64,000 bases of DNA from Chitinophagaceae bacterium (GCA_004173355.1 SEAD01000007.1:7337-71336); one strand, 5' to 3'; counted from the stretch's first letter, positions 39,010-49,057 are shown. The notes: generated by a model from the sequence alone, not told the origin. Program-made: numbers and translations.

Positions 39010-39912
39010 TTAAGCGGGTATTTTGAGTTGGACGGTCGATTCATCCTCCGGACTGATGACGGAACTGACACGGATAACTTCATAATCCGTTTTTTTGTCA
39101 TCAAAATTGGGATTGTAGGTATGCGTGGTTTTGAGGGTTACCATCAGTGCGTCTTCCGGTTTGATGACTACTTCCCGGTGATGGAACGCATCGAGCCATT
39201 CGAGATCCAGCATCCTGGCTTTCAGCGGGCGTTTTCCCTGCAGGAAGTCCCAGCGTGGCTGGCTGCTCAGCATATCCACTTTTTTGATCTTGAGCAGCTC
39301 CGTGGTTTCGTTGATGATCGTACGCTGACCGAGCTCACCCAGGATTTTTGGTTTGTTGATGGCAATGCCCCGGCCCATAAAGGTATTACCGGCAACGGAT
39401 TTGTATTCCAGCAATTCCCTTTCACGGAGATTGTTGAGATATTTAATGAGGTCATCAACTGCATTCAGTACAAAATAGGTATTGATGTGGGTCACGATCA
39501 GCGAATGGTCTTCACCGATACGCGTGATTTCACGGTTGATATCCTCCGTGAGTGTTTCGATCTGGCTTTTTGTATTGATTTCCTTTTCGTCGGAAATCTT
39601 TTTGATCAGGCGGTATCGCGACCGGACAAGCAACGCGCAGATTTGTTCCTGCGCATCAGTATTGTGCGACAATTCATCCGGCAGTCCCTTCAATTGCTGG
39701 AGCAGCCTTGTCTTCAGCGAACCGAACTCAAGTCCTTCCAGTGCATAATCGGAGAGTAATGTCGGGAAAATATTACGCAGCAACAGCCGGTCAAATTCTG
39801 TAAACACTTCATAAAAGCCAACCACCTGGTTGAAAGCCTCCACCGCATTTTTTTCGTCGCGGAAAAGCAGGTTTACTTCAAAACGTTGGTCCGGATTGGT
39901 AACAACAGCCAT
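39010..39912 (-). CDS. Hypothetical cytoplasmic protein, no recognisable motif (orphan)
   Basis: ATG at 39912 (MAVVTNPDQRFEV...); the ORF track starts it at TTG 39927. The first ~190 aa are K/E-rich and helical, and the C-terminal ~100 aa are beta-rich. No signal peptide or TM. Preferred over the 277-aa antisense ORF on composition. Confidence 0.7.
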   Translation of the reverse strand: MAVVTNPDQRFEVNLLFRDEKNAVEAFNQVVGFYEVFTEFDRLLLRNIFPTLLSDYALEGLEFGSLKTRLLQQLKGLPDELSHNTDAQEQICALLVRSRYRLIKKISDEKEINTKSQIETLTEDINREITRIGEDHSLIVTHINTYFVLNAVDDLIKYLNNLRERELLEYKSVAGNTFMGRGIAINKPKILGELGQRTIINETTELLKIKKVDMLSSQPRWDFLQGKRPLKARMLDLEWLDAFHHREVVIKPEDALMVTLKTTHTYNPNFDDKKTDYEVIRVSSVISPEDESTVQLKIPA

Positions 39913-39984
39913 ATAAATCGGAATCAATTAATCGGTTCGGGAAAAGGAGTCGCAATTTACATAAAAGCATCCCCATACCACTGA

Positions 39985-42915
39985 TTAGTTTCTAACGATT
40001 ACCTGTGTATTTCCCTCTTTGGTATGCAGGAAATACACGCCGGACTGCAACTGGTCGGCCGCAATGATATGGGTACCCGATGCCAGGGTTTTTCTCCACA
40101 GCATTTTACCGTCAGCCGAATGGAGCTCCACCTCCATGGTCCTGGCCAGGTGCAGCCGCAGTTGTTTCCCGGTTACCGGATTGCCGAGCACTTCCAGTGA
40201 AGATCCTGCATTCCCGGCCATGTTTACCGACCGGATGCTGCTGTAGCTGCTATGGCCATCGATGTCATACTGCCGGATCCGGTAATAATTTATACCTGCG
40301 GACGGGTGCTGGTCGGTGCTGCTGTAGGTCCGGATGATACTGCTATTGCCCGCGGCGGCTACCGTCGCAATCGTTGTCCATGCCTGTCCGTCAGTACTGC
40401 GCTGCACTTCAAAATCACGCGTGTCCTGTTCCGATGATGTTTTCCATTCCAGCCGGACACTGGTATTGGTTTTCATTGCGGTAAAACTCGCCCAGACTAC
40501 CGGAAGGGTGATTGCATTGTCAATCAGCGCGAAGGCAGTGCTGCTGCCGGTATACCCCTGGTAGCCAAAACGGGTACTGCTGATATTGTTTGAAGTCCCG
40601 TTGGTTTGTTTGATCCATCCGCTGCTGTAATCATACAGCGCAGGAATGGATAACCCGCTGTTTTCACCTGCATTCCAGTTGAATTCGAAATCCAGGCCGC
40701 CGTTGTTGGCGCCGGATTTACTGATATTCCATGTCCTGCGGATGCGGGGTTCAGCCATCGCCTGCCCGCTGGTGGAGTTCTGGTACACTTCATCGAGAAC
40801 CCGGATAGAAAACTGGTCTGCCGTTACGTTGTTGTTACGGATCAGCACGGGGTTGTACGCCGAACGTCCAACCGGGATGAGCAGCTGTGCTCCTGATCCG
40901 GCGATCGTAGTAATAACAGCACCGGCACCTGCCGTCTGGATGTATGAACCGGCATTACCACCCGATACTGTCAATGCAGTCAGGTTGTATGCGCCCGTCC
41001 GGATCAGGCCATTGGTCAGGGTTACCCTGTTCAGCACATTGATATTTGAACCGAGACTGATGCCCGCTGGATTATTTACCGTAAGGTCATAAATACCGGA
41101 GCCGAAAATCCCGGAAGATATGGTGAGGGCAGACGAACCATTCAGCGTCACGACAGACCCGGCTGCCGATGCATTGATGGTGCCGCTGCTCCGTGTAAGG
41201 GTACCGTTGAGTGTGAGGTTGGTGTTAACCACACGCAGTACACCCGAACTCAGGACCGTGTTGTTATTGACAACCGTGTTGCCATTGAGGGTGACACCCG
41301 CGGCGTTATTGATGGTAAGGTGGTGGAGGTTGGACAATCCATCCAGCCGTTGTGCACCCGATCCATTAAGGATAAGCGTGGAGGATCCGCCTCCCAGGAT
41401 ATTCCCGGATTGGCTCACATCGCAACTCAGTGTTGTGCTGGTGTTGGGGGAAATATTCAGCGTCCTGCCAACCGGGATCACGATCCGACCGGTGACAGTC
41501 CAGGCCGCACCACTGTAGAATTCATTGGTGCCATCCGTGCTCGTGATATTGAATACCTGTCCCGGTCCGAAATCATCCGGTGTGGTGCCGGATCCATCCA
41601 TTGTGGACGACCAGCTCGACAGGGCAGAGAGGTTATTGGCCGAAGACGGACGCACATAATAATTCCGGGTGCCCACTGTTACCGGCGCAGACGTAGCCGG
41701 ATCGAGGTTACTGGAAGAGAAACGGATCACGTAATTCCCTTCTTCACACGGAAAACGAAGGTTGGTAAATGTCGCCTGCCCCTGTGCGTTGGTCACGGCA
41801 GTAACAGTGCCACCGAGCGCACCATACCCGGCAGGGCCAGATACGATGCTAGCCGTAACGGAGAGTCCTGCCTGAAGGATATTATTTCCGGAACCATCCT
41901 GTACCTGCACTACGGGTGACTGTTGGGAAAGATTGATACCCGCACCTCCACAGCAATTGGAGTTGACAGTTGGTGAAAACGGCGTAATCACACTTAGTTG
42001 GGTGGCAACACTGATCGAAGGAACGTTGAATGCGACGAAGGCCGGATCAGATGAACCATTCAGGCGATAGATAAGTGCGACAGCCGAACTTACATTACCG
42101 GCGTTTATCCCGAAATCATTCAGGTCTGCCGCCCAGCAACGAATCGTCCTGTCGCTGTTTGTAATATTAATGGCACCGCTGATATTATAAAAATCAGGGG
42201 TCCAGTTTCCAAGCGCATCAATCTGTTCATGGTTGATGGAAATTTTATTTCCAACCACGGCTCCCGATACGTTTATAAAATAAATCGAGTCAAGCGCGCC
42301 GCCCGGGGATGCGATCTGAGTGATCAGTACATCGGGCACACCATCACTAATGGCTGAGGCGGAGATTCCGAGGGAACTTAAATTAAACTGCAGTCGTCCT
42401 GCCGCAACGTTTGCTACACCGGTACCGATATCCAACCCTTTTTTACCATCGGTAAGAAAACTTGCGAGCACGGCCTTTGTGGCCGGCGCGGGAAACGGTG
42501 CGGGATTGGATCCTCCGTTATTTACACCATCATACAGCTGGCCGAGCCCGATCAGCGGTGTGCCGGTGGTTGGTATCGTATCAATAGGAAAGGCACGGAA
42601 ATCCCGTGGCGTAAACGTGACTCCTCTCGCCGTTAGTGTTGAGTCGCTCACGCCGGTGGAAAAGGTGGTGCCATTCCAGGTGAATGCAATCACGCTGTGA
42701 CTATTCATCGGTTTGACAGGATTTTTTACAGCGGTATCCGATCGCCAGTAACCCTGGTAATCCGTGTGAAGACCCGTAACAATGTATTGAGCTGACACCT
42801 GGGATGTCCAGAGACAATGCACAAGGATGAATGCGAGGAAAGACTGCAGGACGCGACGGAAGGAGCTGATACCTGCGGGCCGGATGAGATCCGCCACTAA
42901 AGTTTGTTTGCGCAT
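39985..42915 (-). CDS. Large secreted adhesin-like protein with T9SS C-terminal sorting domain
   Basis: Signal peptide. Invasin/Big-like segment (VVQVQDGSGNNILQAGLSVTASIVSG...VTNAQGQATFTNLRF). Asn/Gly/Thr-rich beta-helix-like repeats (TLNGN.., TINNAAGVTLNG..). Ends in a typical Por/T9SS tail (...QSGVYFLHTKEGNTQVIVRN). Confidence 0.85.
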   Translation of the reverse strand: MRKQTLVADLIRPAGISSFRRVLQSFLAFILVHCLWTSQVSAQYIVTGLHTDYQGYWRSDTAVKNPVKPMNSHSVIAFTWNGTTFSTGVSDSTLTARGVTFTPRDFRAFPIDTIPTTGTPLIGLGQLYDGVNNGGSNPAPFPAPATKAVLASFLTDGKKGLDIGTGVANVAAGRLQFNLSSLGISASAISDGVPDVLITQIASPGGALDSIYFINVSGAVVGNKISINHEQIDALGNWTPDFYNISGAINITNSDRTIRCWAADLNDFGINAGNVSSAVALIYRLNGSSDPAFVAFNVPSISVATQLSVITPFSPTVNSNCCGGAGINLSQQSPVVQVQDGSGNNILQAGLSVTASIVSGPAGYGALGGTVTAVTNAQGQATFTNLRFPCEEGNYVIRFSSSNLDPATSAPVTVGTRNYYVRPSSANNLSALSSWSSTMDGSGTTPDDFGPGQVFNITSTDGTNEFYSGAAWTVTGRIVIPVGRTLNISPNTSTTLSCDVSQSGNILGGGSSTLILNGSGAQRLDGLSNLHHLTINNAAGVTLNGNTVVNNNTVLSSGVLRVVNTNLTLNGTLTRSSGTINASAAGSVVTLNGSSALTISSGIFGSGIYDLTVNNPAGISLGSNINVLNRVTLTNGLIRTGAYNLTALTVSGGNAGSYIQTAGAGAVITTIAGSGAQLLIPVGRSAYNPVLIRNNNVTADQFSIRVLDEVYQNSTSGQAMAEPRIRRTWNISKSGANNGGLDFEFNWNAGENSGLSIPALYDYSSGWIKQTNGTSNNISSTRFGYQGYTGSSTAFALIDNAITLPVVWASFTAMKTNTSVRLEWKTSSEQDTRDFEVQRSTDGQAWTTIATVAAAGNSSIIRTYSSTDQHPSAGINYYRIRQYDIDGHSSYSSIRSVNMAGNAGSSLEVLGNPVTGKQLRLHLARTMEVELHSADGKMLWRKTLASGTHIIAADQLQSGVYFLHTKEGNTQVIVRN

Positions 42916-43096
42916 GATTCTACTGGATTATTGGAAGCGCAAAGGAAACCCTTTTTTATTATAAACTCTGGCAGTGAATGTATTGGAGGAAAGAAAATGA
43001 TTTATGTCAACGTATTAGTAAAATCATCGATAGCTGGAATGTTGAATCATGCTCGCTTGCTGCATTACACTAAGGTTATGCACTTAGTTTGATGCC

Positions 43097-43447
43097 TCAT
43101 TCCATGTATAAGATCAGAGCGACCTGTGCACTGCCATCAGTGAGTGGAACATTTGCAATCTGGTAACCCATGAGGTAGTCAAGGTTATAGCTTCCCGGAA
43201 ATCCATAATCAACGGTCAGGAAGCCATTGGAAAACTTATAAGTCATTCCACCCGCTGATGGGAAGGGCGTGGGCAAAGCTTCTCCGTACTTCACCGGGTA
43301 AACACGTCGGATACCATTCTGGCTGAGGACTTCCTGGAGTTGTCGTTCGCTGAGCTGGGCTTGCGTCAGCTGGACTTCTTCTTTTTTGCAGCTCCACAGG
43401 GTAAATACCAGCAGCGCTGCGAGGATCGAGCGAAAAGCAAATTGCAT
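43097..43447 (-). CDS. Small lipoprotein, unknown function
   Basis: Lipobox VFTLWSC. 116 aa. Confidence 0.65.
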   Translation of the reverse strand: MQFAFRSILAALLVFTLWSCKKEEVQLTQAQLSERQLQEVLSQNGIRRVYPVKYGEALPTPFPSAGGMTYKFSNGFLTVDYGFPGSYNLDYLMGYQIANVPLTDGSAQVALILYME

Positions 43448-43553
43448 AGAGTTGGTTTTGACTCAAATCTCGGAAATCATTTGAGGGATAAACACCTGCT
43501 TTAAAAAATTAACGATTGTTTATTCGACTATTTTTACCGGACAATCAGACTCC

Positions 43554-44015
43554 ATGCCTTCCAATACTTCCCGTGACATTTCGCAATTGCTGCTCCGCGT
43601 TTTCATCTCGCTTGGATTTATCTTCCCGGTGCTGGACCGTCTTGGATACCTTGGAGCGGCAGGTGTAAACGGCAATGCCTGGGGCAACTGGAATAATTTT
43701 ATCGGTTATACCCAGACACTGATGCCTTATTTCAACCAGGCCACCACATCCGTGATGGGAACGGCCGCAACGATCCTGGAAGCCTTGTTCGCCATCGGTC
43801 TTTTACTTGGCTTTAAGACCCGGCTGATGGCCATTGGCAGCGGTTTACTGACCTTCGCCTTTGCAGTCAGCATGTTATTATTCGCTGACTACAGGGCACC
43901 CCTCACCTACTCTGTTTTTGTCGTGAGCTTCGCCTCCTTCCTGCTGGCATCACTGCGTTATCACAAATGGAGCATCGACAGCCAGCGTGAAAAATTTACG
44001 CGGCATGATCGTTAA
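43554..44015 (+). CDS. DoxX-family membrane protein
   Basis: Four hydrophobic helices. The sequence pattern LLRVFISLGFIFPVLDRL ... EALFAIGLLLGFKTRL is typical of DoxX. Confidence 0.7.
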   Translation: MPSNTSRDISQLLLRVFISLGFIFPVLDRLGYLGAAGVNGNAWGNWNNFIGYTQTLMPYFNQATTSVMGTAATILEALFAIGLLLGFKTRLMAIGSGLLTFAFAVSMLLFADYRAPLTYSVFVVSFASFLLASLRYHKWSIDSQREKFTRHDR

Positions 44016-44030
44016 ACCAACGTGTTTAAA

Positions 44031-44498
44031 ATGAAAATACAATTTATCCTTTTCACCTGCAAATTTGCAGCGGGCTGCAAAAGTCCGACCACCGAAGAAC
44101 AGATAAATGAGACAACCATGGTGGTGGTGAAAGCAATCACTGAAAATGACCATGAAACGTTCCGCTCCCTGATAGGCGTAGAAGATAATATCCTCGCCAA
44201 GGATACAGGGATGCTGCGGGCCCGCGTTCAACGGATGTCCGAAACAATCAGGCAGTATGCACCGGGCAGCCAACCCGAAATCGAGATCACGGACCAGTAT
44301 GCGGAGTATACCGGTTCGCGTATGGTGATCGTGCATTTCCCGAAAAAACCAGAAGCCCATGTGAAAGCGATCGACCTGAAACTGGAATTTGGTCCGCCCC
44401 GGTTTGTGAAACTGGATAAAATTGTATCATTCGGGTTTGATGTAAAAAAAGACGATGCCGGCATGCCCCCTGTGATGATGCCCCAACGTATCAACTAA
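44031..44498 (+). CDS. Lipoprotein, unknown function
   Basis: ATG 44031 gives MKIQFILFTCKFAAGC (lipobox AAGC); the ORF track starts at GTG 44022. Confidence 0.65.
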   Translation: MKIQFILFTCKFAAGCKSPTTEEQINETTMVVVKAITENDHETFRSLIGVEDNILAKDTGMLRARVQRMSETIRQYAPGSQPEIEITDQYAEYTGSRMVIVHFPKKPEAHVKAIDLKLEFGPPRFVKLDKIVSFGFDVKKDDAGMPPVMMPQRIN

Positions 44499-44506
44499 AT
44501 CCTGTT

Positions 44507-45187
44507 ATGAGCGAATTCAAAAAAACAGCCGCACTGGAAGGAATAAAACTCATCAAACCAGGCATGAGCATAGGTCTTGGTGCGGGCGCCACCATTGCAT
44601 ACCTGGTGGAAGCATTAGCTGCAGACAGTGAACTTGCGAGGTCATTAACCTTGCTATCATCTTCAGCAGAAACGCGAAGCCTTCTGGAAGAATCGGGATT
44701 CGAAGTGAAATCGCCTGGCAGCTTCCATCAAATTGACCTCTATTTTGATGGCTGCGACCAGGTGGACCGCCACCTGGATGCGTTTAAAAGTGGAGCGGGC
44801 ATCCATACCGATGAAAAAATCCTTGCTACCATGGCCACGGAATTTGTAATCCTGGTGGACTCCGGCAAACTGGTGGACCAACTGGACGCAACCTATCCAC
44901 TGGTCATCGAGTTCATCCCCGAATCCCGGGAAAAACTGCTGAAGGATATCCGCGAAATGTTATCACCGCAAACAATTACCATCCGAAGTGAAGGCGACGA
45001 GCCAAAAAAAACAAGCCGCAATAACCTGCTGGCTGATATAAAATTCCATACGCTACCGGCCCTTCATGAACTGAATGCTGTCAAACAAAAAACAGGTGTG
45101 ATTGAGCACTCATTGTTTTTCCGGATAGCGACGAGGGTGATTGCTGCAGGCCCTGGTGGTATCGAAACAATCACCCGTCGTGTCTGA
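44507..45187 (+). CDS. rpiA: Ribose-5-phosphate isomerase A (divergent)
   Basis: Collinear with RpiA landmarks: GLGAGATIAYLVEAL (cf. GVGTGST), YFDGCDQVD (cf. DGADE), and KSGAGIHTDEKI (cf. KGGGAALTREKI). Confidence 0.75.
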   Translation: MSEFKKTAALEGIKLIKPGMSIGLGAGATIAYLVEALAADSELARSLTLLSSSAETRSLLEESGFEVKSPGSFHQIDLYFDGCDQVDRHLDAFKSGAGIHTDEKILATMATEFVILVDSGKLVDQLDATYPLVIEFIPESREKLLKDIREMLSPQTITIRSEGDEPKKTSRNNLLADIKFHTLPALHELNAVKQKTGVIEHSLFFRIATRVIAAGPGGIETITRRV

Positions 45188-45345
45188 ATCAGGCAAATCA
45201 AAGCCCCCCCGTTTTGACCCATTGAATTGTATCAAAACCGCACAACCTGCGTCCGGTTCCGGGACGGCTGATCCGGCACAATGCCCGTCTGTAGCGGGGG
45301 GCCGCGGTGGCATGTATTTGGCAGCCTGCGGGCAAATCTCCAGTT

Positions 45346-47757
45346 ATGCTCCGTCACTTTTTCCAGATCGCATGGCGTAATCTTATTAAACGCAAGTTTT
45401 ACAGCTTTATCAATATCGCCGGTCTCGCTATCGGGATGGCGGCCTGTATCCTGATCAGCCTGTATGTGATCCGGGAAAATTCCTATGATGATTACCACCA
45501 GAAAAAAGACCGGATCTATCGGGTGACCCAGGCCTTCCGCAATAGCCAGCAGGTGGAATCGGCAGCCGCTGCCTCCCCGACTGACTACCAGGTGTGGGGT
45601 AACGCGCCGGTTGGACCGGCCCTCCTGCAGGACTTTCCCGAAATTGAAAAAACGGTGCAGTTCATGAGTCCGTGGAACCTGTTGCTGGAGTACAATGGCA
45701 AACGCATCCAGCAGGAAAATATCCTGCCAATGGATTCCACCGCTTTTGATGTATTCAGCTGGAAAATGTTGTATGGCAATCCGAAGACAGCGCTGACCGA
45801 GCCCAATACCATTGTGCTTACAAAATCAGTAGCGGCAAAATTCTTTGGCGATGAAAACCCGGTCGGTAAATCATTCCTTGTAGATAATGACATTAATGTG
45901 CAGGTGACCGGGGTCATGGAAGATGTACCCGCCAACTCCCAGTTTACATTCAATGGCCTTGTATCGATGGCCACCGCAAGGAAATTCCGGACAGAAATGT
46001 TTGGATGGTGGGGTTATGTGGACTTCTACACTTACATTTTATTAAAGGAAAATACCAGCATCGACAAACTCAAAAGCCAGTCGGCTGCATTTGTAAAACG
46101 TCACAACCCGGAAGATAAAGGTTATGCCATCGCTTTTGAAAAGATGACTGACGCCTACCTGCATTCCGTGGCTGCCCGCCAACCCGGACCCACAGGGAAC
46201 ATGTTGAATATTTACCTCTTCAGCTGTATCGCCCTTTTCATTATCGTGATTGCCTGTATCAATTTTATGAACCTGTCTACTGCCCGTTCACTCGAACGTG
46301 CAAAGGAAATAGGCATCCGCAAAGTACTGGGGGTACGCCCCTCGCGACTGATGTGGCAGTTCCTTGCCGAGTCAGTGCTGCTCTCGGTCTTCGCCGGCAT
46401 CATTGCGATCCTGCTGGCGAAAGCCGGACTGCCGCTGATCGGCAGCTTGTCGGGCAAGGATTTTTCCGCAATCAATATTTTTAACCCCGCGTTGGTTGCC
46501 GGTGCAGTACTGCTGGCCATACTGGTCGGACTGCTCGCCGGCATCTACCCTGCATGGTTCCTTACCGGATTCAGGGCGATCACAGTACTGAAAGGAAAAT
46601 TCAACCCTTCGGGAAATGGCGTCTCGCTCCGCAAGGCCCTGGTTGTTTTCCAGTTTACCTTATCCATCGCGCTCATTGCCGGAACCACTATCGTATACAC
46701 CCAGCTGAAATACCTTGACAAACAGGATCTCGGTTTCAGGAAAAACCAGATGGTCGTCCTCAATTTTGAAGGTGATGGAAAAGTGCGCAACGATATCGAG
46801 ATTATAAAGAAATCACTCGCTGACCAACCTGGCGTCGTCTCCGTGAGTGCTTCACGTGCGGTACCGGGAGAATTTCTTCCCAATGCAGGCACGGAAATCC
46901 AGACCGCCACCGGGCAGATGGAGCAGAAAACACCATTTATCTACGAGATCGATTTTGATTTCATCCCCACCTACGGAATAAAGATGATAGCAGGCCGCGC
47001 TTATTCCCGTGCTTTTACAACGGATAGTGCGCAGTCAATGATCATCAACGAAGCCGCCGCAAAATTGTACGGATATTCCAATCCTGCTGATGCCGTCGGG
47101 AAAAAATTCAGCCAATGGGGACGGGAGGGCACCATCGCAGGAGTGGTGCAGGATTTCAATTTCAAATCATTGCACCAGGCAGTGGAACCACTGACACTGC
47201 GATATGGCTACCCATCCGACCTGAACCGGATCTCGGTGCTGGTGGATGGCAATAATGTACCGGCAAGTATTGCAGGTCTGCGGAAAACGTGGACCCAGCT
47301 TGCCCCGCAGCGACCCTTCAATTATTCGTTCCTCGATGAATCATTCAGCAACCAGTACGAAGCGGATGAACATTTCGGGCAATTATTTACCTTCTTTTCG
47401 GTACTGGCGATCTGCATTGCCTGTCTGGGTCTCTTTGGCTTATCCACTTTTATGGCACAACAGCGTGTAAAAGAAATAGGGATAAGGAAAGTGCTGGGGT
47501 CGTCGGTAGGAAGCATACTGGTGCTGCTTTCGAAGGATTTCGTGAAACTCGTCCTGATAGCAGTCATCATCGCGGTGCCCCTCTGCTGGTGGACGATGAA
47601 CCAGTGGCTGGAGGGCTTTGCATACCGCATCAATATCGGGGCAATGGTTTTTATTGAAGCGGGACTTATCTCGCTGGGCGTTGCGCTCATCACGATCGCC
47701 TGGCAGTCGATCCGTGCGGCAATGGGTAATCCGATCGAGTCGCTGCGGAACGAGTAG
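45346..47757 (+). CDS. ABC-transporter permease, FtsX/MacB family (paralogue of 6942..9314)
   Basis: ATG 45346 gives MLRHFFQIAWRNLIKRKFYSFINIAGLAIGM. Two FtsX signatures (KEIGIRKVLG twice). No ATPase gene is adjacent. Confidence 0.9.
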   Translation: MLRHFFQIAWRNLIKRKFYSFINIAGLAIGMAACILISLYVIRENSYDDYHQKKDRIYRVTQAFRNSQQVESAAAASPTDYQVWGNAPVGPALLQDFPEIEKTVQFMSPWNLLLEYNGKRIQQENILPMDSTAFDVFSWKMLYGNPKTALTEPNTIVLTKSVAAKFFGDENPVGKSFLVDNDINVQVTGVMEDVPANSQFTFNGLVSMATARKFRTEMFGWWGYVDFYTYILLKENTSIDKLKSQSAAFVKRHNPEDKGYAIAFEKMTDAYLHSVAARQPGPTGNMLNIYLFSCIALFIIVIACINFMNLSTARSLERAKEIGIRKVLGVRPSRLMWQFLAESVLLSVFAGIIAILLAKAGLPLIGSLSGKDFSAINIFNPALVAGAVLLAILVGLLAGIYPAWFLTGFRAITVLKGKFNPSGNGVSLRKALVVFQFTLSIALIAGTTIVYTQLKYLDKQDLGFRKNQMVVLNFEGDGKVRNDIEIIKKSLADQPGVVSVSASRAVPGEFLPNAGTEIQTATGQMEQKTPFIYEIDFDFIPTYGIKMIAGRAYSRAFTTDSAQSMIINEAAAKLYGYSNPADAVGKKFSQWGREGTIAGVVQDFNFKSLHQAVEPLTLRYGYPSDLNRISVLVDGNNVPASIAGLRKTWTQLAPQRPFNYSFLDESFSNQYEADEHFGQLFTFFSVLAICIACLGLFGLSTFMAQQRVKEIGIRKVLGSSVGSILVLLSKDFVKLVLIAVIIAVPLCWWTMNQWLEGFAYRINIGAMVFIEAGLISLGVALITIAWQSIRAAMGNPIESLRNE

Positions 47758-47780
47758 TATAACCCGGATTCCTTCCCTGA

Positions 47781-47818
47781 AACCTCCTGATTTCGCGAAG
47801 TCAGGAGGTTTTTGTTTT
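47781..47818 (+). terminator. Rho-independent terminator after the FtsX permease gene
   Basis: Stem AACCTCCTGA / TCAGGAGGTT, with an internally self-complementary TTCGCGAA, followed by TTTTTGTTTT. Confidence 0.8.
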
Positions 47819-47907
47819 CAGGAGCTGACTGGCATCGTCTTTTTGTTGCACGTTTATTGTACACGATGCCTGGCACTGACCGAATACAAATTCCTTTAAT
47901 AACTACC

Positions 47908-49056
47908 ATGATCCAACCACACGGACCAACTGCAAGGCAACTGACCTTCCGGCTCTTCAACCTTTTAGCCGTTATTGTACTGATGTACCTGCTGAAAAGC
48001 ATACTGGTACCGCTCTTCTTTTCGATCCTGTTCAGCATCTGCCTGTACCCGATGGCAACCAGACTGGAGAAACTTAAGATCGGGAAAGCTCCTGCAGCTA
48101 TCATATCGGTCATATTCGGGGCGATTGTGATTTCGGCGATCCTCTATTTTTTCACCAAACAGATTATCAGCATCGGTAGTTCAAGCGGGCAAATGATTGT
48201 GGACCGGACGGTATCCGGATTGCTGGGAATTGAGGAATGGTTAAACGACCATTTCGGGATTGAGCGCACGGAAATGATGACCAAACTCCAGAGTGAATCC
48301 GGCAGTATCGCGGGCTCGGTTGCCGGGTTTTTCTCCGGCTTTGTAGGCTCCCTCGGAGGCATACTCGCCAATGCGGTGATCATCCCGATTTTTATGATTT
48401 TCCAGATCTACTACCGTGATTTCTTTATCGAATTTTTCTTCCGGGCGTTCCGGAGCTCATCCTCTGAAAAGGTAAAAGAAACCCTGTCAAAAATATACAC
48501 GGTGGTTCAGAGCTACCTGCTTGGACTGGTAACAGTAATCGGAATTGTGTCGGTACTGAATACGGTGGGATTGCTGCTGCTCGGTATCGAATACGCTTGG
48601 TTCTTCGGGATTTTTGCTTCGGTCCTGCTGCTCATTCCATACATCGGCATTGCAATCGGGTCCATTATCCCGGCGTTGTTTGCCCTTGCCACCATGGACA
48701 GCGCCTGGTATGCACTCGGTGTGGTCATCTGGTTCCAGGTTGTACAGTTCCTGGAAGGCAATTTTATTACACCATTCATTGTCGGGGGAAAAGTAAGCGT
48801 GAACCCGCTGGTATCGATCATTTCATTGTTGCTCGGCGGCCTGCTCTTTGGTCTTTCAGGTGTGGTATTGGCTATCCCGCTGATTGCGGTTCTGAAAGTG
48901 TTGCTGGATGCGGATCCTGCCACAGAGGCGTTTGGATTCCTGATTGGTGAACCAGAGAAATACCATCTTAAAAAATACAGCCGGCTGATCGTATTAAAAA
49001 AATGGGCGGGCCGGAATAAACCCCCGACACCGCCCACTCCTGACGTTCATAAATAA
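47908..49056 (+). CDS. AI-2E family transporter (PerM/UPF0118)
   Basis: Multi-TM protein with typical C-terminal block GNFITPFIVGGKVSVNPLVSIISLLLGGLLFGLSGVVLAIPL. Start re-picked at ATG 47908. Confidence 0.85.
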   Translation: MIQPHGPTARQLTFRLFNLLAVIVLMYLLKSILVPLFFSILFSICLYPMATRLEKLKIGKAPAAIISVIFGAIVISAILYFFTKQIISIGSSSGQMIVDRTVSGLLGIEEWLNDHFGIERTEMMTKLQSESGSIAGSVAGFFSGFVGSLGGILANAVIIPIFMIFQIYYRDFFIEFFFRAFRSSSSEKVKETLSKIYTVVQSYLLGLVTVIGIVSVLNTVGLLLLGIEYAWFFGIFASVLLLIPYIGIAIGSIIPALFALATMDSAWYALGVVIWFQVVQFLEGNFITPFIVGGKVSVNPLVSIISLLLGGLLFGLSGVVLAIPLIAVLKVLLDADPATEAFGFLIGEPEKYHLKKYSRLIVLKKWAGRNKPPTPPTPDVHK

Positions 49057-49057
49057 C

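Noticed and set aside
38926-39759. 277-aa plus-strand ORF antisense to the 300-aa orphan gene
   Set aside because: Its composition (F/D/C/R-rich, e.g. FFVIKIGIVGMRGFEGYHQCVFRFDDYF) looks like a shadow ORF. It overlaps the AraC gene start and has no sensible flanking signals. The minus-strand reading has natural composition and fits the surrounding gene spacing.
47322-48113. 263-aa minus-strand ORF spanning the end of the FtsX permease gene, the terminator hairpin and the start of the AI-2E transporter gene
   Set aside because: It runs antisense across two well-supported genes and through a strong terminator. The translated sequence is not protein-like. It is a shadow ORF.
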